Source: Oscillospiraceae bacterium | GTDB taxonomy: Bacteria; Bacillota; Clostridia; UBA1381; UBA9506 | Length of the DNA stretch: 64,000 bases | Assembly (NCBI GenBank): GCA_015068935.1 | Contig: SVJO01000002.1 | Location: forward strand, 4,943-68,942 | Direction of reading: 5' to 3' | Shown: positions 47,621 through 57,676 of the stretch, one piece after another | Position numbering within the stretch: the stretch's first letter is position 1 | Layout of the letters: every line of letters begins with the position of its first letter | Made by a program: the position numbers and the translations under genes | The notes under the pieces: model-generated | Told to the model about the DNA's origin: nothing | What the model saw: only the letters and a program-made list of their open reading frames with translations | The model's database searches: none

Positions 47621-48898
47621 ATGGAATTTCATGAAACAAAAAAAATAACAGAAAGAGCTGTTTTAGCAGGTGTTCACACAGGTGCTTTAGACGAACTTTC
47701 TGACACTACAGATTCATCAATAGCAGAGCTTGAAAGGCTTACGGAAACGGCAGGAGCTATAGTTGCAGGAGTTTTAGTGCAGAACAGGCCTGTAATTGAA
47801 AATGCAACGTATCTTGGCGAAGGAAAGCTGTCAGAACTGAAAGAAGCATGTACTTCGCTCGAGGCGGATATTGTAATTTTTGATGATGAACTGACACCTA
47901 TGCAGATAAGAAATATTGAAAATGAGCTGGGCATCAGAGTAATAGACAGAAGCATGCTTATTTTAGACATTTTTGCACGCCATGCCGTTACAAAAGAGGG
48001 AAAACTGCAGGTCGAACTTGCGCAGCTGAAATATATGCTCCCGAGACTTACGGGTAAAGGAATAGCACTTTCAAGATTGGGAGGCGGCATAGGAACACGA
48101 GGCCCGGGGGAAACAAAACTTGAAACTGATAAAAGGCATATCAGAGCAAAAATTCATAAACTTCAGTCGGAGCTTAAAGAAATTAAGGCACACAGGGATT
48201 TGCTAAGGACCTCAAAAAGCCGTAAAGAAGGGCTGGTTGTTGCCCTTGCCGGTTATACAAATGCGGGGAAATCGACACTTCTAAACACACTAACGGGCTC
48301 AGATGTTTTGGCCGAGAACAAGCTTTTTGCAACACTTGACCCAACTGTGAGAGGAATCACTTTGCCCGATGGAAGGAATGTCTTCTTAGTTGACACGGTA
48401 GGATTTATAAGCAAGCTCCCGCATCATCTCATTGAAGCATTCAAATCAACACTTGAAGAAGTTACTTTTGCTGATGCAATTTTAAACGTAGTTGATGCAT
48501 CAAGCGACGAATACGAGAAGCACATAAAGGTGGTAAACTCAATACTTTCCAGTCTTAAAGCAAATGAAAAACCAACAATTTGTGTTTTTAACAAAATAGA
48601 TTTAAAAGAAACTGAGACGGTTTTACCAAAAGAAGTAGAAGGCTGTGAATTTGTAGTTGAAATCAGTGCCAAAAAGGAGTATAATACAGATAAACTGGTT
48701 GAGCTTATAGGAGAAATTCTTCCCGGTAAAAAAGAAAAGGTTAATCTTTTGATTCCATATAACAGAGGGGGAGTGCTTTCCATGCTCCATAGCGAGCATA
48801 ATGTGCTGGAGGAAAACTATCAGCCTGAAGGCATAAGAGTTTCTGTTATGCTTGACAGTAAAACATATAACGAATTAAGAGAATACAGGTGTGATTAA
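47621..48898 (+). CDS. hflX: GTPase HflX
   Basis: HflX N-domain (RAVLAGV..., LQVELAQLKY), G1 GYTNAGKSTL, G3 DTVGF, G4 NKID. ATG 47621 is preceded by AAGGAG. Confidence 0.93.
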   Translation: MEFHETKKITERAVLAGVHTGALDELSDTTDSSIAELERLTETAGAIVAGVLVQNRPVIENATYLGEGKLSELKEACTSLEADIVIFDDELTPMQIRNIENELGIRVIDRSMLILDIFARHAVTKEGKLQVELAQLKYMLPRLTGKGIALSRLGGGIGTRGPGETKLETDKRHIRAKIHKLQSELKEIKAHRDLLRTSKSRKEGLVVALAGYTNAGKSTLLNTLTGSDVLAENKLFATLDPTVRGITLPDGRNVFLVDTVGFISKLPHHLIEAFKSTLEEVTFADAILNVVDASSDEYEKHIKVVNSILSSLKANEKPTICVFNKIDLKETETVLPKEVEGCEFVVEISAKKEYNTDKLVELIGEILPGKKEKVNLLIPYNRGGVLSMLHSEHNVLEENYQPEGIRVSVMLDSKTYNELREYRCD

Positions 48899-48900
48899 TC

Positions 48901-49530
48901 GTGCACAATGAATCATATAAAACTGTTTTAAAAGAAAACACAGCCGAGCTGATTGAAAAAAAATCACGGTTTATTGCTGCTGTGATGCCTGCAAAAACAG
49001 AACAAGAGGCTCTGTGGTTTATAAATAAAAAGAAAAAGGAGCACTATGACGCGACTCATAACACATATGCCTACGTTATAAGAGAAAATAATATTGCCAG
49101 GTTTTCTGATGATGGAGAACCAGGAGGAACAGCAGGACTCCCTATGATGGAGGTTTTAAAAAAAGAAGGTCTTTTTGATGTAGTGGTTGTTGTGACAAGG
49201 TATTTCGGTGGCACACTGCTTGGGGCGGGCGGTTTGGTCAGAGCGTATTCAAAAAGCGCTAAAATGGGCGTTGATGCCGCGGGAATTGTGACTATGATAA
49301 CGGTTAAAGGCTATGCGATAGAATGTTCCTATGACGTGTTCGGGAAGGTAAAATATCTTATTGAGAACAACGACTATATTCTTGAGTCAATAGAATACGG
49401 AGAGGCGGTTACGGTAAATGTTTCAGTTAGGACAGAACATGGGGACCGCTTTTTAAAAGATATTATAGATGTAACAAATGGCGCAGCCGTGGTTAAAGAG
49501 ACGGGCGAAAATTTTGTTGCGTCAAAATAA
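48901..49530 (+). CDS. yigZ: YigZ/IMPACT-family protein (UPF0029)
   Basis: IEKKSRFIAAV..., THNTYAYVI, DDGEPGGTAGLPMMEVL, VVVTRYFGGTLLGAGGLVRAY. Confidence 0.88.
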   Translation: MHNESYKTVLKENTAELIEKKSRFIAAVMPAKTEQEALWFINKKKKEHYDATHNTYAYVIRENNIARFSDDGEPGGTAGLPMMEVLKKEGLFDVVVVVTRYFGGTLLGAGGLVRAYSKSAKMGVDAAGIVTMITVKGYAIECSYDVFGKVKYLIENNDYILESIEYGEAVTVNVSVRTEHGDRFLKDIIDVTNGAAVVKETGENFVASK

Positions 49531-49558
49531 CTATAATCCTCGAAAGGAAGAGAAAAAA

Positions 49559-50140
49559 ATGAGTAAAACACAAAACTTCACAAGACTTGCGCTGATACTT
49601 GCGCTTTTAATTATTCTGGGATTTACACCCCTTGGATTTATTTCTGTTCCCCCGCTAGTATCGATTACAATAATGCATATTCCTGTTATAGTGGGTTCAA
49701 TAGTACTGGGATATACATATGGCGGAGTGCTGGGTCTTGCCTTTGGGATAATCTCCATGATTAAGGCTATAATGGAGCCTGTGGGAGGGGATATTTTCTT
49801 TTCACCTGTGCTCAGCGGGAATGCTTTGGCATCTGTTGTGATGTGTGTTGTGCCGAGAATTATTCTGGGAATAGTGCCAGGATTGCTTTTAAAACTTTTA
49901 AATACAACGAAAATTCCTGAAAATGTTTCTATTGGTATAACAGCAGGAATATCTACTGTCATACATACCTTTTTGGTGCTCTTTTGCCTTATGGTTTTCT
50001 TTGATGGCATGATTTTGGCAGATATATTTACATATATAATAAGCATCAATGGTGTTTTAGAAATGCTGGCGGCAGTTATAATATCTGTAGCTGTATGCAG
50101 ACCGCTTATTAAGCTTTTTAAGAGGACGGCAAATCAATGA
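49559..50140 (+). CDS. ECF transporter S (substrate-capture) component
   Basis: About 6 TM. LALILALLIILGFTPLGFISVPPLVSITIMHIPVIVGSIVLG is typical of ECF-S proteins. Start moved to ATG 49559 (GAAAGGAAG RBS). Confidence 0.6.
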   Translation: MSKTQNFTRLALILALLIILGFTPLGFISVPPLVSITIMHIPVIVGSIVLGYTYGGVLGLAFGIISMIKAIMEPVGGDIFFSPVLSGNALASVVMCVVPRIILGIVPGLLLKLLNTTKIPENVSIGITAGISTVIHTFLVLFCLMVFFDGMILADIFTYIISINGVLEMLAAVIISVAVCRPLIKLFKRTANQ

Positions 50141-51099
50141 TTAAGGAAATTAAAATTTCAGACATAGAAAATGTTAAGATTGGAAACGCCGAGGATTCAC
50201 AAAAAGGAACAGGTGTTACCGTAATCATATGTGAAAAAGGAGCTCCCGCCGGGCTAGATATACGCGGCGGAGGTCCTGCATCAAGAGAATCGGGACTTTT
50301 AAATCCTCTTGCGGCGGCAGACAAGATTCATGCGGTTGTGCTTTCAGGCGGAAGTGCTTTCGGGCTTGGAGCGGCAGACGGAGTCATGCAATACCTTAAA
50401 GAAAAGAGCATAGGCTTTGAAACAGGAGTAGTTCCTGTTCCGCTTGTTTGTACATCATGTATTTTTGATTTGGGAGTAGGAGAAAAAGACGCTTTTCCTG
50501 ATAAGATTATGGGATATACGGCATGCGAAAACGCACAAAAGGGTAATTATAAAGACGGAAATTATGGTGCAGGACAGGGAGCTAGCGTAGGAAAACTTAT
50601 GGGAGAGCCGTTTGCCATGAAATCGGGAATAGGCTCATATGCGCTGGAACTTGGGAACCTTAAAGTAGGAGCCGTGGTAGTTGTCAATGCTTTGGGCGAC
50701 GTTGTTGACGAAAGAGGAAACACTATAGCAGGATTGCTTTCTGATGATAAAAAATCATTCAGAGATTCTGAGAAAGTGCTTTATGAAATGTGTTTGCAGG
50801 CGGAAAATCTGTTCACATCAAATACTACAATAGGTGCGGTTATAACAAATGCCTCCCTTGATAAGACAAAAATGAACAAAGTGGCACAAATGGCACATAA
50901 CGGCATGGCGCGAGCTGTATGCCCTGTTCATACAAGTGCTGACGGCGACAGCATTTATGCATTATCTGTAGGCGAAGTTAAGGCAAGTGCAGATGTAGTA
51001 GGAACACTTGCTGCGCGAGTCATGCAGAAAGCAATCATAAATGCGGTGAAAAATGCACAAAATCAATATGGATTAAAGTGCGCAAGAGAAATGCAATAA
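50137..51099 (+). CDS. P1/S58 (DmpA-type) family aminopeptidase
   Basis: GTGVTVIIC, DIRGGGPASRE, VVLSGGSAFGLGAADGVMQYL, and the self-processing TIGAVITNA region. Confidence 0.8.
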   Translation: MIKEIKISDIENVKIGNAEDSQKGTGVTVIICEKGAPAGLDIRGGGPASRESGLLNPLAAADKIHAVVLSGGSAFGLGAADGVMQYLKEKSIGFETGVVPVPLVCTSCIFDLGVGEKDAFPDKIMGYTACENAQKGNYKDGNYGAGQGASVGKLMGEPFAMKSGIGSYALELGNLKVGAVVVVNALGDVVDERGNTIAGLLSDDKKSFRDSEKVLYEMCLQAENLFTSNTTIGAVITNASLDKTKMNKVAQMAHNGMARAVCPVHTSADGDSIYALSVGEVKASADVVGTLAARVMQKAIINAVKNAQNQYGLKCAREMQ

Positions 51100-51107
51100 A
51101 AACAGTA

Positions 51108-51146
51108 AGGGTATGACAAAACATTACGTTTTGTCATACCCTTTTT
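51108..51146 (+). terminator. Bidirectional terminator between the peptidase gene and mazF
   Basis: AGGGTATGACAAAAC atta CGTTTTGTCATACCCT followed by TTTT. Confidence 0.8.
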
Positions 51147-51176
51147 AAGTATAACCAACCAAATTTAATATATCAC

Positions 51177-51527
51177 TCAGATTTCCGTGAGGCCAAAGCT
51201 TACAGTAAGCGCATCATCTACCATTTGCATAAGCTCCTCATCAAGTCTGCCTATTTTTTCTTTAAGCCTTCGTTTATCTATCGTTCTTATTTGCTCTAAA
51301 AGAATGACAGAATCCTTGGCCAGTCCATATTCGTCAGCAGTAATCTCTATATGAGTAGGCAACTTTGCTTTATTTATCTGCGAGGTTATTGCAGATATAA
51401 TAACAGTAGGACTGAATTTGTTTCCCACGTCATTCTGGACAACCAAAACAGGCCTCACTCCCCCTTGCTCCGAACCAACTACAGGGCTTAAATCCGCATA
51501 AAAAATATCTCCTCTTTTAACAACCAC
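51177..51527 (-). CDS. mazF: Type II toxin MazF/EndoA (PemK family mRNA interferase)
   Basis: [61 protein letters not shown] is near-identical to the B. subtilis EndoA pattern. A GTG start at 51527 lies one nt after the antitoxin stop. Confidence 0.93.
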   Translation of the reverse strand: MVVKRGDIFYADLSPVVGSEQGGVRPVLVVQNDVGNKFSPTVIISAITSQINKAKLPTHIEITADEYGLAKDSVILLEQIRTIDKRRLKEKIGRLDEELMQMVDDALTVSFGLTEI

Positions 51528-51528
51528 T

Positions 51529-51828
51529 CTATTCACACTCCGCCAGTTTTTCCTCAATGACAGAAAGCGCATCGTTTTCTGCCTCAAAATACATTTCGGA
51601 AACGGCAAGATTTATTTCCGCCATTTCCTGATAACCCTTTTCCATTTGTGAGCGAAGCAAACTGCGTCTCTTTTCCCTGATATAAAGTTTCATCGCTTCA
51701 CGTACAAATTCGCTTCTGTTCATTTTTTCGCTTTGGACAAGTTCGTCTGCCTCTTTAAGCAAATTTTCGGGAACGGTTATCAAAACCTTCTTGAGTTGTG
51801 ACAAAATAGTCAAGCCCCCATTCGTCAT
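51529..51828 (-). CDS. mazE: Ribbon-helix-helix antitoxin MazE/EndoAI
   Basis: [40 protein letters not shown] (CopG/RHH) and [10 protein letters not shown] as in EndoAI. The exact start is uncertain (the track ORF extends to 51879). Confidence 0.85.
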   Translation of the reverse strand: MTNGGLTILSQLKKVLITVPENLLKEADELVQSEKMNRSEFVREAMKLYIREKRRSLLRSQMEKGYQEMAEINLAVSEMYFEAENDALSVIEEKLAECE

Positions 51829-51889
51829 AATGTTATTTGGGTACAATAATATTATATAGCGCAGAACTTTTTTCGTCAATGCTAAAATA

Positions 51890-53041
51890 TTACCATATCT
51901 CCCCGTCTTTTAAGAAAACGTATGGGACTCTGTGGCTTATAAGGCAAAGAACCTCATAACTGATACTGCCAATCATATTAGCTACCGTGTCAGCTGTTAT
52001 AGTGCTGTTTTTGCCATCTCCAAAGATGATAACCTCGTCGCCGATATCTATATTATTGACAGAAGTTACATCAATCATACATTGGTCCATACAAATCCTT
52101 CCGATAATTGGAACATTTTTTTCAGAAACAGTGAAAAATCCTTTGTTTGAAAGAGCGCGAAGGAGACCGTCAGCATAGCCTATCGGAAGTGTGGCAATTT
52201 TTGTTGTTTCTTTTTCGGTTGTAAAAGTATGTCCGTAACTTACGGAGGTTTTCTTTGGAACAACATTTATTCTTGTTATTCTTGATTTGACAGTCATAGC
52301 AGGAATTAAAGAAACATCGCACTCAATATCTTTTTCCAAAGGGCTGTAACCATATGAAATTATTCCTGAGCGCACCATATCAAGCTGGTATTCAGGAAAC
52401 CTTAAAATTGCTGCACTGTTTGCAACATGCTTTATTGGAATTTCAATTCCGAAGGATTCAAGTTTTTTTACGAAATCCATAAATCTTTTAAACTGCATAT
52501 CGGTAATTGTTCTGTCTTTGCAATCAGAACATGCAAAGTGAGTAAAAATTCCCTCTAGATATATATTGGGAAATGACGCAATTTCTTTAATCTCTTCAAT
52601 GGATTTATCAGTTGTATTAAAACCCACTCTTGTCATACCTGTATCAATTTTAATATGAACCCTGGCAATTTTATTTAATTTTTTAGCCTCGTCTGAAAGG
52701 GCGCGTGCATAATCTATATTATTTACTGATGCTGTAACAGAAAGTTCTATAGCTTTTGGAATATCAGCAAAATTTTCAGGACCGAGTATTAAAATCGGAG
52801 CATTGATGCCTGATTTTCTTAGTTTTTCTGCTTCGTTAATTTCAGCAACAGCAAGCATAGATACTCCGCACTCTAACATTACCCGTGAGACTTGGGTGTC
52901 ACAATGACCATAGGCATCAGCTTTAACCACTCCCATAATCATAGTATGCTCATTTATCCTTTTTCGGACCTCTCCCAAATTGTGCTTTATTGCATCCAGA
53001 TTTATTTCTCTCCATGTTCTTGAAGTTTTTTCGTTTGTCAT
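51890..53041 (-). CDS. alr: Alanine racemase
   Basis: VVKADAYGH PLP-lysine motif, VHIKIDTGMTRVG, C-terminal ISYEVLC. Confidence 0.95.
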   Translation of the reverse strand: MTNEKTSRTWREINLDAIKHNLGEVRKRINEHTMIMGVVKADAYGHCDTQVSRVMLECGVSMLAVAEINEAEKLRKSGINAPILILGPENFADIPKAIELSVTASVNNIDYARALSDEAKKLNKIARVHIKIDTGMTRVGFNTTDKSIEEIKEIASFPNIYLEGIFTHFACSDCKDRTITDMQFKRFMDFVKKLESFGIEIPIKHVANSAAILRFPEYQLDMVRSGIISYGYSPLEKDIECDVSLIPAMTVKSRITRINVVPKKTSVSYGHTFTTEKETTKIATLPIGYADGLLRALSNKGFFTVSEKNVPIIGRICMDQCMIDVTSVNNIDIGDEVIIFGDGKNSTITADTVANMIGSISYEVLCLISHRVPYVFLKDGEIW

Positions 53042-53058
53042 TTTTTAATACCTCTGAT

Positions 53059-54564
53059 TCAGTTGATAGTTTTAAAAATTCCGCCAAGTTCTGAAACGAT
53101 ATCGCTTGCCGTCATGCTCCGTGCACCGAGATTGCATCTGGCACGAGAGCCTGACACAGAATGAATATAAACACCTGCGGCAGCCGCTATATCGGGAGAT
53201 GCTCCCTGAGCTATAAGGCCTGCAATTATTCCCGCAAGCACGTCCCCTGAGCCTGCTTTAGCCATTCCTGAGTTTGAAACTGTGCAGATATATACTTTGC
53301 CTGAAGGAGTGGCAACGATAGTATCTGCATTTTTCAGAACGAGTGTAACACCATATTCCTTAGAGAAAGAAAGCGCTTTTGCGAGTTTGTTTTCCTCCAG
53401 TTGTTTTTTATCTACACCTGTAAGCCGCGAGAATTCGGCCATATGGGGAGTTAAAACGACAGGAGCTTTCTTTTTATATAATACATTTATATTTGTACTC
53501 AGATTATTTATGCCATCAGCATCAATTACCATTGGATTTTCTGATGCCAAAATGAGCATTTGAGTAAGCCTTTGTGCCTGAGGGCTTTTTCCTATACCGC
53601 ACCCCAAAAGGAGTACATCATTTTTTGAAAGCGCCTCTAAAAGTAATTTTTCATCATTTTTTTCATCTAAAGGAAGAGTCATTGCCTCGGGAATTTTTAA
53701 AACGAGACTGTTCAAAACCTTTTCAGTTGATGCAACTGTTACCATACCAACTCCGCTATTAAAAATCGCTGACGTGCAGAGAAGGGCAGCACCTTTCATA
53801 TTATCTGAGCCCAAATAAGCTAACACCTTGCCAAAATCGCCTTTGTGCGAGTGTTCGCATCTTTTGGGAAGGTACGAATAAATATTATCGGAAAGAGCAT
53901 AAAACCCACTATCAAAATCATCAAGAATTTTTTCAGGTATTGAGATGGGAACGATAATTATTTCACCTGCGTAGTCTTTACACGGATAAAGGAAATGTCC
54001 CACCTTTGCACGACAGAATGTTATTGTGAGATGAGCATGAACACATTCGCCATATATGTTTCCGTTCGATGCATCAGCACCGCTTGGGACGTCAACTGAC
54101 ACCACATAAGAATTGCTTTTGTTAATCGCCTTTATCATATATGACTCAGGATTTTTAGCAGCACCCTTTAAGCCTGTTCCCAAAATCGCATCTATTATAA
54201 TGTCATAGCTTTGTGACATTTTCTCAAAACGAATAATTTCAATTCCCATATTTGATGCGATAAGATAGTTAGTATATGCGTCTTTTGTAAGAAGCATTTG
54301 AGCATCTTTTTCATCAAAGCCTATAACACAGGAAACGTTATATGTCATATTCTTCAGATGTCGTGCGATTGCAAAACCATCACCGCCGTTATTACCTCTG
54401 CCGCAAAAAACACATATTTTCTTTTTATTTAAATCGATAGCACCTGAAAGTGCTGTGCAAAATCCTGATGCAGCATTTTCCATCAGCACAATGGAAGGTA
54501 CTTTAAAGTCTTCGACTGTAATTCTTTCAAGTTCTCTCATTTGCCCGCCTGTTAGAACCTTCAT
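53059..54564 (-). CDS. nnr: Bifunctional NAD(P)H-hydrate epimerase / ADP-dependent dehydratase (Nnr, YjeF_N+YjeF_C)
   Basis: FCGRGNNGGDGFAIARHL (YjeF_N) and GMAKAGSGDVLAGIIAGL (carbohydrate-kinase-like C-domain). Confidence 0.9.
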   Translation of the reverse strand: MKVLTGGQMRELERITVEDFKVPSIVLMENAASGFCTALSGAIDLNKKKICVFCGRGNNGGDGFAIARHLKNMTYNVSCVIGFDEKDAQMLLTKDAYTNYLIASNMGIEIIRFEKMSQSYDIIIDAILGTGLKGAAKNPESYMIKAINKSNSYVVSVDVPSGADASNGNIYGECVHAHLTITFCRAKVGHFLYPCKDYAGEIIIVPISIPEKILDDFDSGFYALSDNIYSYLPKRCEHSHKGDFGKVLAYLGSDNMKGAALLCTSAIFNSGVGMVTVASTEKVLNSLVLKIPEAMTLPLDEKNDEKLLLEALSKNDVLLLGCGIGKSPQAQRLTQMLILASENPMVIDADGINNLSTNINVLYKKKAPVVLTPHMAEFSRLTGVDKKQLEENKLAKALSFSKEYGVTLVLKNADTIVATPSGKVYICTVSNSGMAKAGSGDVLAGIIAGLIAQGASPDIAAAAGVYIHSVSGSRARCNLGARSMTASDIVSELGGIFKTIN

Positions 54565-54693
54565 AAAAATCACCTCTGTACTTAATATATTATATTATAT
54601 CATCCTTTAAAAATCAAGTGCGTCAAATTGCATAAATTTCGCAGGAACGGAGGAAAATAAATTCAGAAAAAATAAATGTAAAGGGTGCGAAAA

Positions 54694-55158
54694 ATGAAAA
54701 AACAAATATTTCTGACTTTTCTTATTATGCTTTTTGTAGTATCTGCAGTTCACATTTATATAGACGAAAAACCCGACAAAACATATGCTGCATCGAACTG
54801 GTCAAGAGATGTTCAGTTGCTTGCAAGATGTGTTAATGGCGAAGCAAGAGGCGAGTCATACGAAGGGCAGGTTGCTGTGGCAGCAGTTATTTTAAACAGA
54901 GTAGAGCATCCGTCTTTTCCGAACAGCATAGCAGGTGTAATATATCAGCCGGGGGCATTTACCGCAACAGTAGACGGACAGATTGACGTGCCGATTGATA
55001 CAGGCTCAACGGTTTACAAGGCATGCACTGATGCGATGAATGGATGGGATCCGTCGGGAGGCGCGATTTATTATTACAATCCTGCAAAGACGACAAATAA
55101 GTGGATATATTCGCGTCAGGTTGTGAGGGTTATAGGGAACCACACATTTGCAAAATAG
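54694..55158 (+). CDS. sleB: Spore cortex-lytic enzyme SleB/CwlJ-family cell wall hydrolase
   Basis: LARCVNGEARGESYEGQVAVAAVILNRVEHPSFPNSIAGVIYQPGAFT (Hydrolase_2 domain). ypeB follows immediately. Confidence 0.88.
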   Translation: MKKQIFLTFLIMLFVVSAVHIYIDEKPDKTYAASNWSRDVQLLARCVNGEARGESYEGQVAVAAVILNRVEHPSFPNSIAGVIYQPGAFTATVDGQIDVPIDTGSTVYKACTDAMNGWDPSGGAIYYYNPAKTTNKWIYSRQVVRVIGNHTFAK

Positions 55159-55167
55159 GAGGTTTAA

Positions 55168-56520
55168 ATGGAAAAGTTATTCAAAAACAAAAACACACTT
55201 CGTGCAGGGTTGACGGTGCTTTCTATAGCAGCAGCATTCTTTATTGCGGCAACAGTTTTTCAGACCTTTAAAGTCCGTGCGCTTTCGCAACAGACAGAAA
55301 ATCATTATATGGCGGCTTTTTCTGACCTTTGCGATTACATGGATAATATTGATGTCTATACAAAAAAGATTTTGCTGGCAAAAGGAGAAAAACAGATTTC
55401 AGCTCTGGCGACTCAGATTTATATGGAAACGGCAGCTGCTAAAACCAACCTTTCACAGCTTCCGCTGTCTGATATCAATCTTGATAACACATCAAAGTTT
55501 CTTGTCCAGACAGGCGACTATATGATGGTTCTGTCGACTAAAGTGCAGGGAGGAGAAGAGATTTCTCAAAACGAATTTGAAAACATTTCTGTGCTTTCAG
55601 AATATGCTGAGAAATTAAGCGGGAGCTTGGAGGAGCTTCGGGGCAGGATTTATAGCGGAGAGATAACATTTTCTCAAAGTAGAAGCATTATGTCAAAAGC
55701 CGATGAAAAAACTGTCCCGTCTGAAATATCAGGACTTGAAAACGAGTTTATGGAGTATCCGTCTTTAATATATGATGGACCGTTTTCAGACCATATGACA
55801 AACAAAACCTCTGATTTTTTGAAATATAAAGGACAGATAACAGGGAAGATGGCGCTCCGTTCTGCTGAGGAATATTTAGGCAAAGACCGTGCCCAAGGGC
55901 TGAATGTTACTGATGAAGGCGGTGGAGCAATAGAGACATATATTCTGTCTAAAAACGAAAAGGACAAAAATTTTCAGATAGCAATAACCAAGCAGGGGTC
56001 TAAAATTCTTTGGATGCTTGATTCAAGAGATGTCGGAAAAGCTAAAATAGACCTAGATGATGCCCGTCGTTTTGCGAAGGCGTTTCTCATTAAGGCAGGA
56101 TACAATGATATGACTGAAAGCTATTACGAAGAAGCAAATAATATTGCGACTCTTAATTATGCATATGAGCAGGACGGAGTGAAAATTTACAGCGATTTGA
56201 TTAAGGTTAAGGTTGCATTAGATAACGGTGAGATTTTAGGAATAGAAGCAACAGGCTACCTTATGAATCACAAGGAAAGAGAATTTGAAGGAGAGCTTAT
56301 AGGAGAGGAAGAGGCAAAAAAAAGGGCAGGAACACATCTTTCTGTTACGGAGATAAATCTTGCTGTTATTCCGCTTGAGTCGGGCACAGAGGTCTTATGC
56401 TATGAGCTTAAAGGAGCATTTGATGACAGAAATTATCTTATATATGTTAACGCAAAGACGGGTGAAGATGAAAAAATTCTTTTGCTTCTTGAATCAGACA
56501 GCGGTATACTGACTGTTTAG
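55168..56520 (+). CDS. ypeB: Germination protein YpeB
   Basis: 450 aa, N-terminal TM, YpeB-type helical region and C-terminal PepSY-like repeats, conserved sleB-ypeB pairing. Confidence 0.85.
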   Translation: MEKLFKNKNTLRAGLTVLSIAAAFFIAATVFQTFKVRALSQQTENHYMAAFSDLCDYMDNIDVYTKKILLAKGEKQISALATQIYMETAAAKTNLSQLPLSDINLDNTSKFLVQTGDYMMVLSTKVQGGEEISQNEFENISVLSEYAEKLSGSLEELRGRIYSGEITFSQSRSIMSKADEKTVPSEISGLENEFMEYPSLIYDGPFSDHMTNKTSDFLKYKGQITGKMALRSAEEYLGKDRAQGLNVTDEGGGAIETYILSKNEKDKNFQIAITKQGSKILWMLDSRDVGKAKIDLDDARRFAKAFLIKAGYNDMTESYYEEANNIATLNYAYEQDGVKIYSDLIKVKVALDNGEILGIEATGYLMNHKEREFEGELIGEEEAKKRAGTHLSVTEINLAVIPLESGTEVLCYELKGAFDDRNYLIYVNAKTGEDEKILLLLESDSGILTV

Positions 56521-56670
56521 GGACAAAGTCTGCATGAAGTTATCAGGCTGGTTGAGCTTGAGGGCCTAAACAATTAATCATTTTAAGCAAGGCGCTTTCT
56601 CGTAAATATGTAATATAAAAATATCGACTGAATATAAATAAAGTATAGTAAAAGGGTGAGGGTGTATTTC

Positions 56671-57441
56671 ATGAAGATATTTTTATTGACAAAAAAAGGA
56701 CTCGTAGTTTACGCATCGCTATTTATAATGGCAGTATGCATGCTCTTTTCGGGGGGAGGGGACATCAGCGAGGTGACAACGGTGCCTAAAGAAAAAAAGC
56801 TTCCCATTTATTGTGTTGACAGGGCAGATGAGAAAATATGCGCATTGACTTTTGATGCTGCATGGGATGATTCTGATACAGACAGACTGATTTCCGTTTT
56901 AGAAAAATATGATGCAAAAGCAACTTTTTTTGTTGTTGGAGATTGGGCAGAAAAATATTTTGAGTCAGTAAAAAAATTTGCAGATGCAGGTCACGAGATA
57001 GCAAACCATTCTGACACACATCCGCACATCAATACCCTGTCCGAGCAGAAAATTTTAGAAGAAATCGAAAAGTGCGGTGAAAAAATTGAGAGAATAACAA
57101 AAAAGAAGCCAACACTTTTCAGAGGACCATATGGAGAATATAACAATACTGTAATTGAGGCGGCAGAAAGTCTTGGATATAAAACTCTTCAATGGGATGT
57201 TGACAGTTTAGATTGGAAGGAGCTTTCTAAGGAGGAAATATCCGAGAGGGTTTTATCAAGAGTAAAACCGGGGTCTGTTATGCTATTTCATAACGGAGTA
57301 AAGAATACGCCTGATGCACTTGAAATTATCCTGAAAAAACTTAAAGATGACGGGTTTAGGGTGGTTAGCGCATCAGATATGATTTACCATGACAATTACA
57401 CAATAGACCATACGGGAAAACAAAGCAGTAATAAAAATTAA
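56671..57441 (+). CDS. NodB-type polysaccharide deacetylase (sporulation PdaB-like)
   Basis: TFDAAWDD, ATFFVVGDW, HEIANHSDTHPH, LFRGPYGEY, MLFHNG motifs. ATG 56671 has a GAGGGTG RBS. Confidence 0.85.
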   Translation: MKIFLLTKKGLVVYASLFIMAVCMLFSGGGDISEVTTVPKEKKLPIYCVDRADEKICALTFDAAWDDSDTDRLISVLEKYDAKATFFVVGDWAEKYFESVKKFADAGHEIANHSDTHPHINTLSEQKILEEIEKCGEKIERITKKKPTLFRGPYGEYNNTVIEAAESLGYKTLQWDVDSLDWKELSKEEISERVLSRVKPGSVMLFHNGVKNTPDALEIILKKLKDDGFRVVSASDMIYHDNYTIDHTGKQSSNKN

Positions 57442-57494
57442 TATGCAGATATTATAACAACTGTTTAAGATTTAGATATATTTGCACAATAGGT

Positions 57495-57529
57495 CAGGGC
57501 TGTGACAAACTTTGTCACGGCCCTGTTTT
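57495..57529 (+). terminator. Intrinsic terminator of the deacetylase gene
   Basis: CAGGGCTGTGACAAA c TTTGTCACGGCCCTG followed by TTTT. Confidence 0.8.
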
Positions 57530-57676
57530 AAGAGAAATGTTACAATTATGTTATCATTTTATTTTTTATGTTGATATCTTGACGCATTGGTGTTATAATA
57601 ATAATATCTATAATTGTGTGTAACAGCAAGAATAATAGAGAATTTTAAAGAAAACGGAAGATATGGTGAATAGCAG

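Noticed and set aside
49531-50049. 172-aa minus-strand ORF
   Set aside because: It is antisense to the ECF S-component gene and is a hydrophobic mirror frame.
51177-53041. mazEF as a candidate novel toxin-antitoxin system
   Set aside because: This is the well-known conserved alr-endoAI-endoA (ndoAI-ndoA) arrangement of Firmicutes, and the toxin is near-identical in pattern to B. subtilis EndoA.
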